Below are positions 20,601 to 30,028 of a stretch of 64,000 nt of DNA, piece by piece. The position numbers and the translations under genes were made by a program. Position 1 is the stretch's first letter. Each line of letters begins with the position of its first letter. A model generated the notes under the pieces. That model had not been told where the DNA came from and searched no databases. It worked only from the letters and a program-made list of their open reading frames with translations. This stretch comes from a virus (Duplodnaviria; Caudoviricetes): positions 32,001 through 96,000 of the IMG/VR virus record IMGVR_UViG_3300026549_000030, one strand, 5' to 3'.

Positions 20601-22933
20601 GGAATTTGATATGATGTTGAAGATAGCTTTGTAAATGTCTGTGGAATCCCATGAAGATTATTTTCCTCCAATGAACCAAGCAAAATTATATCTGTCGCAA
20701 ATAAATTGCATTTTCTATTTTTACTTAGCCATTCGCATGGGCGGAAATAATAAGCATACTTTCCGTTAAGCACCATTTCATTATGAACAACGCCTCCGCC
20801 GGGTTTCGTGTCGCCTGAGCGAGATAAAATTTTTATATATTTTCTTCCCTTTGCCTTATGACACTTCTGCTTACTATTATTTTTACAGCCGTTTGGAGTT
20901 GTTACATTGATAAAGCTCGTTGCATCATCTGATACCTTATACGCTAAAGCGCATTGCTGCGTGTATCTTCTACTGAATAACGCATTATATCCGCTTTCCA
21001 TACACCCATTTACGCCTTGCCTTAATTTTATTAATCCAAACAGGAAACTATTTTTCTTTCGTATATCTGCAGCCCACCTAGGAATATATATCATTCCGTT
21101 TATCCAATCGTTATAGAAGTCAAATTGAATAACTTCGTATTCCATTGCAAGATTTATTTCTACGCATTGTACGAAATAGTCTATCTTATTCGTCAAACAC
21201 GTCTTTCCGCCAGTGTCGCCCTTATCCTTATTTTGGTAATCAATACTCTTTTCGTCCTCCTCCGCTTCTTTTGCAATCTTTTCATATGAAGCCTTAAGAA
21301 GCTCTGAATTATTACAGCCAGGTGCAAAATACCAGCCATCTGCCTCTGGGCAATACCCCTCGCCAATATAAACACAGCCGGCTTGACGGATTCTATCTCT
21401 TATACTACTAAAAACCCACCTTGTTATTGCGTTTTTTCCGCCAATTCTATATATGGCGCTTAAAAACTTGTTGTATATTGTTGTTACCCATAATAGAATC
21501 TTAAAAATTGCGCATTGCAGGACGAACATAAATGTTAAATTAACCCTAATGTTGTTGTACGGAATCGGGTTGTTATTATCATTATTATTAACCGCCTTAA
21601 ATCCTGAAAATCTTTTATTCCTATCAAAATTTAACATTTGAAAACGCGGAATGAAAGATTTTACGCTATATACATTGTTTGAGAATAAATCCTTAAATGA
21701 TGCATCATCCGTATCTGTCCCAAAAACATAATCTAATACCGAATCGTCAGGACTTCCATTTAAAGAACGTTCATTGTTAGAATAAAATTTTGGGTTGTTT
21801 GGTACAAGAACTTTTGACAAATGCGTTGATCCGCCTTCGCTCTCGAATTCAGTCAGCGAAAACCTAAATCTTACAGATGCCCTTGTCGGAATTCCCTTTG
21901 TCGTATCATCGGTGCGAACAACATTTCCATACTCATCTGTACGAACATAATCAAGGTTCATTGGTATCTGATAACACCAAACACCGTTTCCATCAATAAG
22001 CGTATTACCTTGAATTATGAGCTCTTCCACATTACCCTCTGGCGTTTTACGGATCATTTCAATGGTGCCGTTACCTGTTGTAAGCCTGTCCATTTTACCC
22101 ATTCTTTCACTTGGAATGCAGCGCTTGCTTATACTATTTGACGCTTCGTCTGTGATAACGGAGCCAATAAACACACAAGTAGGGGTAAACTCATACTGAA
22201 TTTCAATATCCCTTCTCGTGATTGCAATGTCACCTTCTGATTCCTCTCCCCAGAAAGGATAAACGTTCACATTTTGATTCTGAGATATGATTTGAGCCAA
22301 ACTATCCAAGTCTGTGCTTGTCTTGAACATATTTGCGTTCTCGAACTGAGTGATGTTGTAGCCCTTATAAACCATATCCCTCGGACGCTGAGAGAGAATA
22401 CCAATATCTGATAAGTCTATGTCAACGTGAAGCGTTTGCTCTCCCGTAGGAACGCCAAAAATCATATAGTCGCCTGCTTCGTTTGTTCTCGTGGTGAACT
22501 TATAGTATTTGTCGTAAACCTCGAGAATATTGTTATCATCAAGAACGGTTCTCTTACTTGGGAATGTGCCTACGTTCCTGTGGCAATCTGAAAGTTGATC
22601 CTCTGGAAGTAAGTTATAACGAATTCTGTCTGCATTTTTTGTATTTACAGACTTATATGGGTAGAGATATGATAGAATGTCGTCCTCTAAGTCAGCTTCA
22701 TCAGCACTTATAAAGATTGAAATCTTCGCGTTTGGTATTCCATAACCGCCATTGGCAAGTACACGCCCAACAACACACCCGTAATTCGCGGTGTGTAGTT
22801 TATAGAGGTTGTCAACGTCAAGTTTAAGGCTCAGAACCTCAAGAGAGTTGAAGTCCTGATTGATATTAACGTTTAGAACACTGTCCTCACCGACATTTGT
22901 CCTTATTCTATATGAGTTATTGTTATCCGACAT
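17660..22933 (-). CDS. Large virion structural protein, 1757 aa (N-terminal carboxypeptidase-regulatory/transthyretin-like beta-sandwich)
   Basis: GRVLANGGYGIPNAKISIF..TTRTNEAGDYMIFGVPTG; located after the baseplate wedge genes; Cys-rich and hydrophobic central segment. Confidence 0.6.
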   Translation of the reverse strand: MSDNNNSYRIRTNVGEDSVLNVNINQDFNSLEVLSLKLDVDNLYKLHTANYGCVVGRVLANGGYGIPNAKISIFISADEADLEDDILSYLYPYKSVNTKNADRIRYNLLPEDQLSDCHRNVGTFPSKRTVLDDNNILEVYDKYYKFTTRTNEAGDYMIFGVPTGEQTLHVDIDLSDIGILSQRPRDMVYKGYNITQFENANMFKTSTDLDSLAQIISQNQNVNVYPFWGEESEGDIAITRRDIEIQYEFTPTCVFIGSVITDEASNSISKRCIPSERMGKMDRLTTGNGTIEMIRKTPEGNVEELIIQGNTLIDGNGVWCYQIPMNLDYVRTDEYGNVVRTDDTTKGIPTRASVRFRFSLTEFESEGGSTHLSKVLVPNNPKFYSNNERSLNGSPDDSVLDYVFGTDTDDASFKDLFSNNVYSVKSFIPRFQMLNFDRNKRFSGFKAVNNNDNNNPIPYNNIRVNLTFMFVLQCAIFKILLWVTTIYNKFLSAIYRIGGKNAITRWVFSSIRDRIRQAGCVYIGEGYCPEADGWYFAPGCNNSELLKASYEKIAKEAEEDEKSIDYQNKDKGDTGGKTCLTNKIDYFVQCVEINLAMEYEVIQFDFYNDWINGMIYIPRWAADIRKKNSFLFGLIKLRQGVNGCMESGYNALFSRRYTQQCALAYKVSDDATSFINVTTPNGCKNNSKQKCHKAKGRKYIKILSRSGDTKPGGGVVHNEMVLNGKYAYYFRPCEWLSKNRKCNLFATDIILLGSLEENNLHGIPQTFTKLSSTSYQIPDTLASTNLGIDGFIYGNNEEGSICSGGMTDEPIKRLDGGHSGRDWKENVINWSKGKDFYEQNPYGNEDVVTEASGIDWGYHGPGQGDNSISDLYFPGGHFLGISCFNSQTNIKSCVNLSRICEVGTMFSQRMAYIGNTTDELRYNYTVPTGLISGEEINDYGFKNEFATLNYRGLKTVQNNDTLLREYVFETINPVNFNGELSKKIKDSDYNRDYIPGGQPNEFTRTIEENSVDYYRFRLGLPKGYTLDDAKKKYLISNGGTVSLPVYENSFYFYFGLKGGNTAIDKLYKEFYAECPSMSEYGPSVTVVVNKNATLCEDIGEATVKLKNIEKGGIESVSVGRLVGNKIFDIPGGTDVDVTVTGSNITVITKTFSVDTILPDSFSYFSHQIENYTEEVETFDVRSGNGRITFNSPQNLFDDANVAGVIAYTENLKDNSKPYAKIIKNSNYNGTPIDESAYHVITVITSSDITTEEIVGWAGDEDYTTSIMYGCGNVVKEVEVATETMQMPNELDFYFNGSKYASYRRIIKPLIESSSNPEYVRENWWKIAFVDAYNDSTVNGWRTTLKNSEPFKSNLSLYQKAMYDIKRAIFYMVSRSSMLTAYGEIPYDIVGENTPYTLIIENGGAEKVISPDEGNDRLMIVNTSSSSLPDGYELSIDNFVSPTRDISLKYGYYHDYTQNATKPDYKLKILDSKNNEIRFTVPSIYRPFFFRALFFVTNSQTISAEVAVANGICEYSDANSGNILGRKYKISISGYEYEPTDNGMDYNIIPASTNHDLEQYYTTKVVNCSIDCEDRTDFSYSVSVTENGDTGINENELNTLSNSIRVTFVGDYEGAYSSAVFYRSVEKRCKFYAAWDSDVFSGRKYIPHGYETIETNNQNFIGINTIFLNDWLNNEDCVIDGDTIMAGEGATNNPYVYGFYSAGVNTAEGYGSANVRRYSNNELIDIFYTRNSNEIFIVREYTKTEWNNYMAQFASTED

Positions 22934-23186
22934 TGGTTATTGCTTGTTTTCCACTTAAATTAAAAAACTTTTTCATGTTGATGCGCCGATCCTTGCTTAT
23001 GGCACCTTTATAAAAAACATATATAACAATTGCTGGAAGCAAAAATAGTAGGCACATATAAACGCCTACCTTCTGAAAAATAACCCTAACCTTTTGCCCA
23101 AATGGTAAATTTTCAGCATTCTTTTTCTCTCCATATTTTTTGAACAGCGCGTTTAGCTGTTCTGTTGTTGCACAGTTGCATGCCAT
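22923..23186 (-). CDS. Small single-pass membrane protein, 87 aa
   Basis: Hydrophobic VGVYMCLLFLLPAIVIYVFY flanked by basic residues; N-terminal MACNC. Confidence 0.6.
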   Translation of the reverse strand: MACNCATTEQLNALFKKYGEKKNAENLPFGQKVRVIFQKVGVYMCLLFLLPAIVIYVFYKGAISKDRRINMKKFFNLSGKQAITNVG

Positions 23187-23200
23187 AATTAAATTTTATC

Positions 23201-25171
23201 TTATCTCGCAATCATTTTAACCTTGATATCCTTCTCAGGGTGATTAATTTCGAACATTGAATTCACATTGCTGTTGAGAACGTAGTTCGTGTCGTCAAGA
23301 AGAACCTTGGCGCGTCCCTGCTCTATTTCTTCAACGCTCTGTGCAATTCTCGAACTCGAATAATCGTAATTTGTGGTTCCGTCTCGATAAACGTTGTAAA
23401 CCGTGAAGTCAATAAGGTTAAGAACTCCATCCACACTGCTTATCGCACGCTCAATATCACCGACGAAGATATCTTCTCCAAGTTGGTGATTCTTAATTTC
23501 CATATAATTCTTAACCGTTTCGATTACGTTATATGCCACGTCACCCGCGTTGTAGTTCTTATCAACGAAGATTTCAACGTCGAATGCAAGGTGCACAACC
23601 TCGCCAGCCTCAATTACAACATAATCGTTGATTGCACGGAACTTTGAAAGGTAATCAGTTATGTTCCTGATAAGAACCTCGGGAAGCATAGCGCTGAGTT
23701 TTCCGTTATAGTCAAGCCCGAGCATAAACAACTTAACCTTATTGTTCTCCTCGATTGCGGAAACCCTGTAAGGGGCGCCATACTTAGGAGGCATTAACGC
23801 TATTCTGTTCTCGTAGTCCTTTACCGTAATGCAACGTTCCTGTGCGGCGCTGTTATACTTAATCATTGCCTTGATTTCCTCTACCGTAGGAGCGTCCTTT
23901 CCTGAAACGGAAGGATTTGGATTAGTTACTGAGATACTGTTCTTAACATCGGAAATAATTTTCCTTTCCTCTGCACTGCGGGCATAATTTCCTTCTCCGA
24001 TTTCTGCATTAAGGTATTGGATATTTGTAATTGCGCCAGCCGCAACGTTTGAAGCTGCTCCGCCGCCAGTCCTATAAAGAACGTACATTGTCGTGCCCAC
24101 CTTCGGAAGCGTTCCGAGGAAATCATTGTAAATCATTCTGCTGATTTGATACTTCGCAAAGTCCGTATCCTTATCGTAGCTCATATCAGAGTGCCCAGCG
24201 CTGTCTCCTGAGCCGAACGTAATCTTCAAATATCCATTATCGGTAAATTCTGTAATGAATTTCTGTTTGACAGGAATCCACTTTCCTCTCGTAATGGTAG
24301 TCGTGGGAACATATCTTCCCGTTACATTGTCATAGAAACCGTATGTGTAGGAAACGGGCTGTGGCGCGGACTGATTTCCGGGCTGCGTGGTGTCTTCTCC
24401 CCACCTGTACTGCTCAACGAGCGAATTAACCTCGAAGAATCTGTACGTAGTTCCGCTTGCTGCAGTATATGACTCGCGTGTATCCATAAACTCGCCAATT
24501 GTAGGCTCGAGTTTATAATCGGCGCCCTCCTTAAAGATAATACTCTCTACGTTCATTGCGTTGATATCAGGAATAACGATTTCCATAAATGGAGTGACGT
24601 CAGTAGCTAAAATTTCCTGTTTGTAAATCTTGCTTTCTCCTGCAACAACAACGCCTGTCTTTGTAACCCTGTATTTTCCGTTCTGAGGGGTAAGCGTTCT
24701 GATACTGTTGAACTGCTCTCCGAAATTAATGTCTTCCATTACTTCGAAGACCTGATTCCTTGAAGAAACCTTCGTTCCCTTCTTGATAATTGGAAGATAG
24801 CGTTTATCCGGCGCACCAAGTCCTGACTGACTGTTGTTCGTACCGTCAGTATATGCAGGAACAAGGCAGGAAAATTCCACCTCAGCCATTGCACCCTTTG
24901 GGCCAGGTACCTTCAGCCCATTGCTCCTTGCAATATTGAACACCGAACCTCTCTGTGAAGCCGTATCAAGATTCGTCTCGGCATACGTCTTGTCAATATA
25001 GTAGCTGAGGTTGTCAGCAACGGCGGCAACCAAGTCAACGAGCCAACTTCCAACGGAAGCATCATTGAAATCGTCCGCGATTTTCGGATAATATCTTCTA
25101 ACATAATCTACCAACGCCTCGCGGTAGTCATCGAATGTCCTGTTAAGGTATGAAATTTTGTTGTTGCTCAT
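23201..25171 (-). CDS. Baseplate wedge subunit (T4 gp6 / Baseplate-J-like), 656 aa
   Basis: YLNRTFDDYREAL..DFNDASVG..DNLSYYID..NIARSNG; AQERCITVKDY; adjacent to a gp25-like gene. Confidence 0.85.
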   Translation of the reverse strand: MSNNKISYLNRTFDDYREALVDYVRRYYPKIADDFNDASVGSWLVDLVAAVADNLSYYIDKTYAETNLDTASQRGSVFNIARSNGLKVPGPKGAMAEVEFSCLVPAYTDGTNNSQSGLGAPDKRYLPIIKKGTKVSSRNQVFEVMEDINFGEQFNSIRTLTPQNGKYRVTKTGVVVAGESKIYKQEILATDVTPFMEIVIPDINAMNVESIIFKEGADYKLEPTIGEFMDTRESYTAASGTTYRFFEVNSLVEQYRWGEDTTQPGNQSAPQPVSYTYGFYDNVTGRYVPTTTITRGKWIPVKQKFITEFTDNGYLKITFGSGDSAGHSDMSYDKDTDFAKYQISRMIYNDFLGTLPKVGTTMYVLYRTGGGAASNVAAGAITNIQYLNAEIGEGNYARSAEERKIISDVKNSISVTNPNPSVSGKDAPTVEEIKAMIKYNSAAQERCITVKDYENRIALMPPKYGAPYRVSAIEENNKVKLFMLGLDYNGKLSAMLPEVLIRNITDYLSKFRAINDYVVIEAGEVVHLAFDVEIFVDKNYNAGDVAYNVIETVKNYMEIKNHQLGEDIFVGDIERAISSVDGVLNLIDFTVYNVYRDGTTNYDYSSSRIAQSVEEIEQGRAKVLLDDTNYVLNSNVNSMFEINHPEKDIKVKMIAR

Positions 25172-25172
25172 T

Positions 25173-25568
25173 TTATAACTTTATTGCCAATTGTTTATAT
25201 TCTGTTGTCTTGCCCTTATGGAATGCGAACGTCATGTTGAGAATGAATACATGTGGTTCCTCAGGCGGAGTCAATATGCTAACTTCCTCGATTTCAACAT
25301 TCGGAACATATCTCTTCACGCTTGTTCTTACCTCTTCCTCGACGGTATCCCAAGAAATGTCGTCGTTGTTTTCAAATAGATATTTTATGAGGTTTGTTCC
25401 GAAGTCTGGCTTGCGGATACGACTTCTCTTCGGCGTAAGGATAACGTGGGCGATTTCGCTCGCTATCTTGTTATCCATATCCGTATTCAAATCAACGAAA
25501 AAGCCGTCAAGATTGTTCGCCGTGAACGGAAATTTTATTCCATAATATTGCTTATTCTGTTCTGCCAT
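25173..25568 (-). CDS. Baseplate wedge / sheath-initiator protein (T4 gp25 / GPW-like), 131 aa
   Basis: GIKFPF..ILTPKRSRIRKPDFGTNL..YLFE..YVPNVEIEEV. Confidence 0.85.
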   Translation of the reverse strand: MAEQNKQYYGIKFPFTANNLDGFFVDLNTDMDNKIASEIAHVILTPKRSRIRKPDFGTNLIKYLFENNDDISWDTVEEEVRTSVKRYVPNVEIEEVSILTPPEEPHVFILNMTFAFHKGKTTEYKQLAIKL

Positions 25569-25711
25569 TGTAAGAGCCTATTTCTTTAACAATAAATATT
25601 ATCAGCCAATATTTTTGTATTTTAAAAATAGCCATTTAAACGAGAAAGGCAACATATTATAATTGTCGAAAAAATGTTGTATATTTAGTCAAAACTTTAA
25701 TATTGTAGATT

Positions 25712-26878
25712 ATGTTCAGAAACACTCTTTTCACTTCGGAGGCAGTAAGCTGCGGGCACCCCGACAAAATTTGCGACCAAATCTCTGACGCAATCCTCGA
25801 CGAGTTCCTCAGGCAAGACAGGGAATCTAAGGTTGCGGTAGAATGCTTCATTACAAACAACCTTCTCGTAATCGGTGGAGAGGCGCACTCTCACGCCGAT
25901 GTTGACGTTATCGGAATCGCCAAGAAAATCCTTACCGAGATTGGATACGACGGAACTAACGGATTCGACCCTGAATCTGCGGTATTCCTCAACACCCTTC
26001 ACGAGCAGAGCCCAGATATCAGGCAGGGCGTTGACAGAATTACCGAGGCTGAGCAGGGTGCTGGCGACCAAGGAATTATGTTCGGTTATGCCTGCAACGA
26101 AATTTCAGGAAGGTACATGCCTGCCGCAATCACGCTTGCAAACAGGACAATGTTTGTCTATGATACGCTCAGAAAGGCTGGTAAACTTCCCGGAATGCGC
26201 CCTGACGCAAAATGCCAATATACACTGAAGTATGATGAGAAGGGAGAGGCTAAGGTTGATACTATCGTTATCTCATTGCAACACGACGAGGATATTGCAT
26301 TCCAGACAATTTACATTTACGTAACGGAAACTATTCTTCCGGAAGTCATGAAAGTTCCTCAATTGGCTAAGTTTTTCGCCGATTCTTCATATACAATTTT
26401 TGTGAATCCGACAGGAAAGTTCGTTATCGGCGGCCCTCAGGGTGATACCGGGCTTACGGGGCGTAAAATTATTGTCGATACATATGGCGGCTCTTGTCCT
26501 CACGGTGGTGGTGCATTCTCTGGAAAGGACGCTTCTAAGGTTGACCGCTCGGCGGCTTACATGGCTCGCTACATTGCAAAGAACATTGTAGCAGCTAATA
26601 TCGCACAAGAAGTTACTGTTCAGTTATCATACGGAATCGGACTTTGTGAGCCTATCAGCGTTCATGTTGATACCGTTAAACCGAACTATCCTAACAGCGA
26701 AATAGAGAAGATGATCAAAATTGTTTTCCCTCTTACGCCCAACGGAATTATTAAGCATCTAAACCTAAAATATCCAAATTATCTAGAAACCGCAACATAC
26801 GGACATTTCGGATGGGAGGGACATAGTTGGGAAAAAACCAACAAGGTAAAAGAAATTAAAGACTATTTCGGAGAATAA
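25712..26878 (+). CDS. metK: S-adenosylmethionine synthetase
   Basis: FTSEAV..GHPDKICDQISDAILD, EQSPDI, GAGDQG, GGPQGDTGLTGRKIIVDTYGG, HGGGAFSGKD..KVDRSAAY, YGHFG are all intact. Confidence 0.97.
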   Translation: MFRNTLFTSEAVSCGHPDKICDQISDAILDEFLRQDRESKVAVECFITNNLLVIGGEAHSHADVDVIGIAKKILTEIGYDGTNGFDPESAVFLNTLHEQSPDIRQGVDRITEAEQGAGDQGIMFGYACNEISGRYMPAAITLANRTMFVYDTLRKAGKLPGMRPDAKCQYTLKYDEKGEAKVDTIVISLQHDEDIAFQTIYIYVTETILPEVMKVPQLAKFFADSSYTIFVNPTGKFVIGGPQGDTGLTGRKIIVDTYGGSCPHGGGAFSGKDASKVDRSAAYMARYIAKNIVAANIAQEVTVQLSYGIGLCEPISVHVDTVKPNYPNSEIEKMIKIVFPLTPNGIIKHLNLKYPNYLETATYGHFGWEGHSWEKTNKVKEIKDYFGE

Positions 26879-26899
26879 ATTCTCTATGAATTAATGATT

Positions 26900-26925
26900 T
26901 GCCTCGATTTATCGGGGCATTTTTT
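26900..26925 (+). terminator. Rho-independent terminator after metK
   Basis: TGCCTCGAT-TT-ATCGGGGCA followed by a T-run. Confidence 0.7.
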
Positions 26926-26926
26926 G

Positions 26927-26934
26927 TATATTTG
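26927..26934 (+). promoter_or_regulatory. Bacteroidetes-type -7 promoter element (TATATTTG) before the nuclease-MTase pair
   Basis: Matches TAnnTTTG, 5 nt upstream of the ATG at 26940; no well-spaced -33 TTTG. Confidence 0.55.
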
Positions 26935-26939
26935 ATTAT

Positions 26940-27539
26940 ATGATGGGTGAAAGAATTTTTGAAAATGACTTATCCCGCGAGGATAGCAGGAAAGCGTACT
27001 ATAGCGCTTTCTATGAAAGCCACGGAGTAAAAGTTTATAGCCGTAGTGATTGGAATACAAAATCAGGACACCGTGAGCAAAAAAGTGATATCGATGTTAC
27101 ACTTCAATACGGCAACATTAGACTGACCGCTTCCGAAAAGGAACGTTCTACTTATTTTGGCGATATCTTCGTCGAATTGGAACATGTCTTTGAGGACGGA
27201 ACCACTGCGAAGGGGTGGATCTTTGAAACAAAGGCTGATTTACTATCTTATTTTACCCCGTCATTCCATTTCTTCGTCAATATGCCTGACTTGAAGAACA
27301 CTGTAATCAACGATATTCTGCCGCTTATAAGAAAACAGGTTAACGACTTCGAGAAAACTGACAACAAAAGCGGAAGAATATCTGAAAACATTGGTGGCAA
27401 GAAACGTAGTATGACTGTTACAATGGCAAGAAACTCCGGTAATGGAAACAGATGGAAAACATTCGGGCTTTGTATAAGGGTTGAAGATTTGATTGATTTT
27501 GGAATCGCCGTTGATAAAACTGAGATTGATAAGGTATGA
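26940..27539 (+). CDS. Putative PD-(D/E)xK-fold nuclease, 199 aa
   Basis: SDIDVTL..TASEKER..DIFVEL..KGWIFETKADLLSYF resembles small phage restriction-endonuclease-like proteins; ATGA overlap with the MTase. Confidence 0.55.
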   Translation: MMGERIFENDLSREDSRKAYYSAFYESHGVKVYSRSDWNTKSGHREQKSDIDVTLQYGNIRLTASEKERSTYFGDIFVELEHVFEDGTTAKGWIFETKADLLSYFTPSFHFFVNMPDLKNTVINDILPLIRKQVNDFEKTDNKSGRISENIGGKKRSMTVTMARNSGNGNRWKTFGLCIRVEDLIDFGIAVDKTEIDKV

Positions 27540-29554
27540 GATATATAGGCTCAAAATTGAAGCTGATTTACTTCATTAAAGAAGTTATTCAAAAATATTG
27601 CGGAGAAGATTTGTCCGACAAGGTTTTCTGTGATTTATTTGCAGGAACTGGTGTTGTAGGAAGAAGCTTCTCCCCTTTTGTGCGTAAAGTTATTGCAAAT
27701 GACCTCGAATTTTATAGCTATATAGCAAATAAAGTTGCGCTTGAGGGGTATGATTGGGAAACAGTCGAGAGAGTAATCAGAAAACTTAACTCCATTGAAG
27801 GGGATTCTTCTCTTCCGTTCGCTCAGGCTTATGCAGACGGCGGCTCCAAGGGCAGAATGTTCTACTCAGCAGAAAATGGCGCTAAAATCGCTGCTGCGAG
27901 AGAATTTCTTGAATATGTAAAGGATATACTTGACGAGAAAGACTATAATGCTGCGCTTATCTCAATTATTGACGGCAGTGACTCTGTTTCAAATACAACA
28001 GGAGTATATGGAGCGTTCTTAAAGACGCTTAAGCCAAGTGCATTGGCTCCTGTCGTGTTCAAAATGCCCGTTTCCATAGAAAACACAAATCAGGAAAACG
28101 AAATCTATCAGGAAAATGCCAATGAACTTATAAAAAGGATTGAAGGCGATATCCTTTATCTTGATCCTCCGTACAACACCCGCCAATATAGTTCAAATTA
28201 CCACATTCTTAACTATGTTGCAAAAAATATTGCGCCTGAAACCGACTCCGTTGCCGGCGTAACTGAGCATAACAAGTCAAAATACTCTTCAAAGGCTAAC
28301 GCCGCCTCTGAATTGGAAGATTTAATTAAGAATGCCAATTTTGAGTGGATTTTCCTTTCTTATAATAATGAAGGAACTATTCAACTGCAGGAAATTGAAC
28401 GAATTTTCTCAAAATATGGTGAATATCATATGGAATCTAAGGAACACCAACGCTTCAAAGCTGACAGTAAGCGCAGGAATCTCCTTGGATCGGACACAAC
28501 CATTGAGTATATCCACGTTCTACATAAGGTAAAGGAAGGAGCTAAGGCTAATAAAGACGTATTTAAGCTCTATATTATCGAAAATACGGCTCAAAATGAG
28601 CCGATAAGTACCGAAAATGAGCCGATAAACGAGCCAATAAAGGAAGAAAAGAGTTTCCATTCAAAATTGGAGTATCGCCCTATATTCGACGAGGAAGAAG
28701 AGCCGAAGAAAGAGGTTATTGTGTCCCCGCTGAACTATATGGGTGGTAAAAAGAAACTTCTCCCGTTCCTGTTAGAAAATTTCCCTAAAAAAATAAACAA
28801 ATTTGTTGATTTATTCTGTGGCGGAGCAACTGTCGGCATCAACTCGAGGTGCAAAAAGCTTATTCTAAATGACAATCTTCCTCACCTCGTGGAGTTATTT
28901 AACTATTTTTCTGAAAATGACGCAGATAAGATAGTAGAATACGTTGAAAATACGATTGCTAAGTATCAGATTGATACTAAAAACCGCGAAAATTACGATA
29001 ATTTCAAGAAAAAATACAACGAGCAACTGATAAAGAATCCTCTCGATTTGTTTATTTTAATCGCGTTTGGCTTCAATAACCAGATTCGTTTCAATAGCAG
29101 GGGAGAATTCAATATTCCATTCGGAATAAACAGAAGTGGGTGGAATCCAAGAATGAAGAAAAACCTTATCGGATTTGTCAATGCCCTGCATAATTCAAAT
29201 GCCGAATTTTCTGAATTAGATTTCAACGAATTTGATTTCTCCAAACTTAAAAGCGGCGATTTTGTATATGCAGATCCTCCATACCTCGCATCACAAGCCA
29301 CATATAACTCAGGATGGAATGAAGAGTGCGAAAAGGCACTGCTTGAAAAGTTATCCGAACTAAATTCTCGTGGAATCAAATTTGCCCTCTCTAATGTCCT
29401 TGAAAACAACAATAAGGAAAATAAGATATTGAAAGATTGGGTTGAAGAAAATGATTTCAATGTAGTTCACCTGAACATTTCATATGCTAACTCAGCATAC
29501 TGTCGAAAAAACAGGGAATCAAATACAGATGAGGTTCTTATAAAGAACTACTAA
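27536..29554 (+). CDS. Fused two-domain N6-adenine DNA methyltransferase (D12 class, M.FokI-like architecture), 672 aa
   Basis: Domain 1: MRYIGSK, DLFAGTG, DPPYN.RQY. Domain 2: SPLNYMGGK, DLFCGG, FNNQIRFNSRGEFNIPFG, DPPY, EVLIKNY. Confidence 0.92.
   Translation: MRYIGSKLKLIYFIKEVIQKYCGEDLSDKVFCDLFAGTGVVGRSFSPFVRKVIANDLEFYSYIANKVALEGYDWETVERVIRKLNSIEGDSSLPFAQAYADGGSKGRMFYSAENGAKIAAAREFLEYVKDILDEKDYNAALISIIDGSDSVSNTTGVYGAFLKTLKPSALAPVVFKMPVSIENTNQENEIYQENANELIKRIEGDILYLDPPYNTRQYSSNYHILNYVAKNIAPETDSVAGVTEHNKSKYSSKANAASELEDLIKNANFEWIFLSYNNEGTIQLQEIERIFSKYGEYHMESKEHQRFKADSKRRNLLGSDTTIEYIHVLHKVKEGAKANKDVFKLYIIENTAQNEPISTENEPINEPIKEEKSFHSKLEYRPIFDEEEEPKKEVIVSPLNYMGGKKKLLPFLLENFPKKINKFVDLFCGGATVGINSRCKKLILNDNLPHLVELFNYFSENDADKIVEYVENTIAKYQIDTKNRENYDNFKKKYNEQLIKNPLDLFILIAFGFNNQIRFNSRGEFNIPFGINRSGWNPRMKKNLIGFVNALHNSNAEFSELDFNEFDFSKLKSGDFVYADPPYLASQATYNSGWNEECEKALLEKLSELNSRGIKFALSNVLENNNKENKILKDWVEENDFNVVHLNISYANSAYCRKNRESNTDEVLIKNY
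28593..28640 (+). repeat. Short tandem repeat (NEPI x3) in the MTase interdomain linker
   Basis: aaaatgagccgataa twice plus aacgagccaataa; translates NEPISTENEPINEPI. Confidence 0.8.
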
Positions 29555-29555
29555 T

Positions 29556-29583
29556 AAAAAAGCGGGTGAAATTCACTCGCTTT
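29556..29583. terminator. Probable bidirectional terminator between convergent genes
   Basis: AAAAAAGCGGGTGAA-A-TTCACTCGCTTT inverted repeat with A and T tracts on both sides. Confidence 0.65.
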
Positions 29584-30028
29584 CTTCTTTCTCTTTCTTC
29601 AGTCCGAATGACGCCGTAAACACATCGTCGAGGCAATCATTGTCCATGTTAATCAGCCATGCTCGTATTTTTTTCCTTGCAAGTTTTCTTATAAATTCTT
29701 CAAGCGCACCGAAATAAGTACCCCAGTCTCCGTTTCCATTCCATCCACCTGTAATATCTACGTCAAACGTTCCGTACTCGTCCTTATAGAATGGCATATC
29801 CTCTTGCCCACCGAAAATCTCAACAGTGGATTTATCATATTCACCCCTTTCTCCTGTTCTTCCAAATCTCTCCAACCCCGAAAGCGCTTTCTTAACCGCT
29901 TGCATAATCTCCTTCTCATCTGATGTCGGATTCTCAACTCTGTTTTTCTTATTGATTTCTGTTTCGTTGAGAATTCTGACAAGGCTTTCAGAAATTATTT
30001 TCCTTAATCTGTTTTCTGAAATTTTCAT
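29573..30028 (-). CDS. Hypothetical protein with N-terminal ISENRLRKIISESLVRILNE motif, 151 aa
   Basis: Clean ORF; N-terminal motif shared with 31590..32159. Confidence 0.7.
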   Translation of the reverse strand: MKISENRLRKIISESLVRILNETEINKKNRVENPTSDEKEIMQAVKKALSGLERFGRTGERGEYDKSTVEIFGGQEDMPFYKDEYGTFDVDITGGWNGNGDWGTYFGALEEFIRKLARKKIRAWLINMDNDCLDDVFTASFGLKKEKEESE

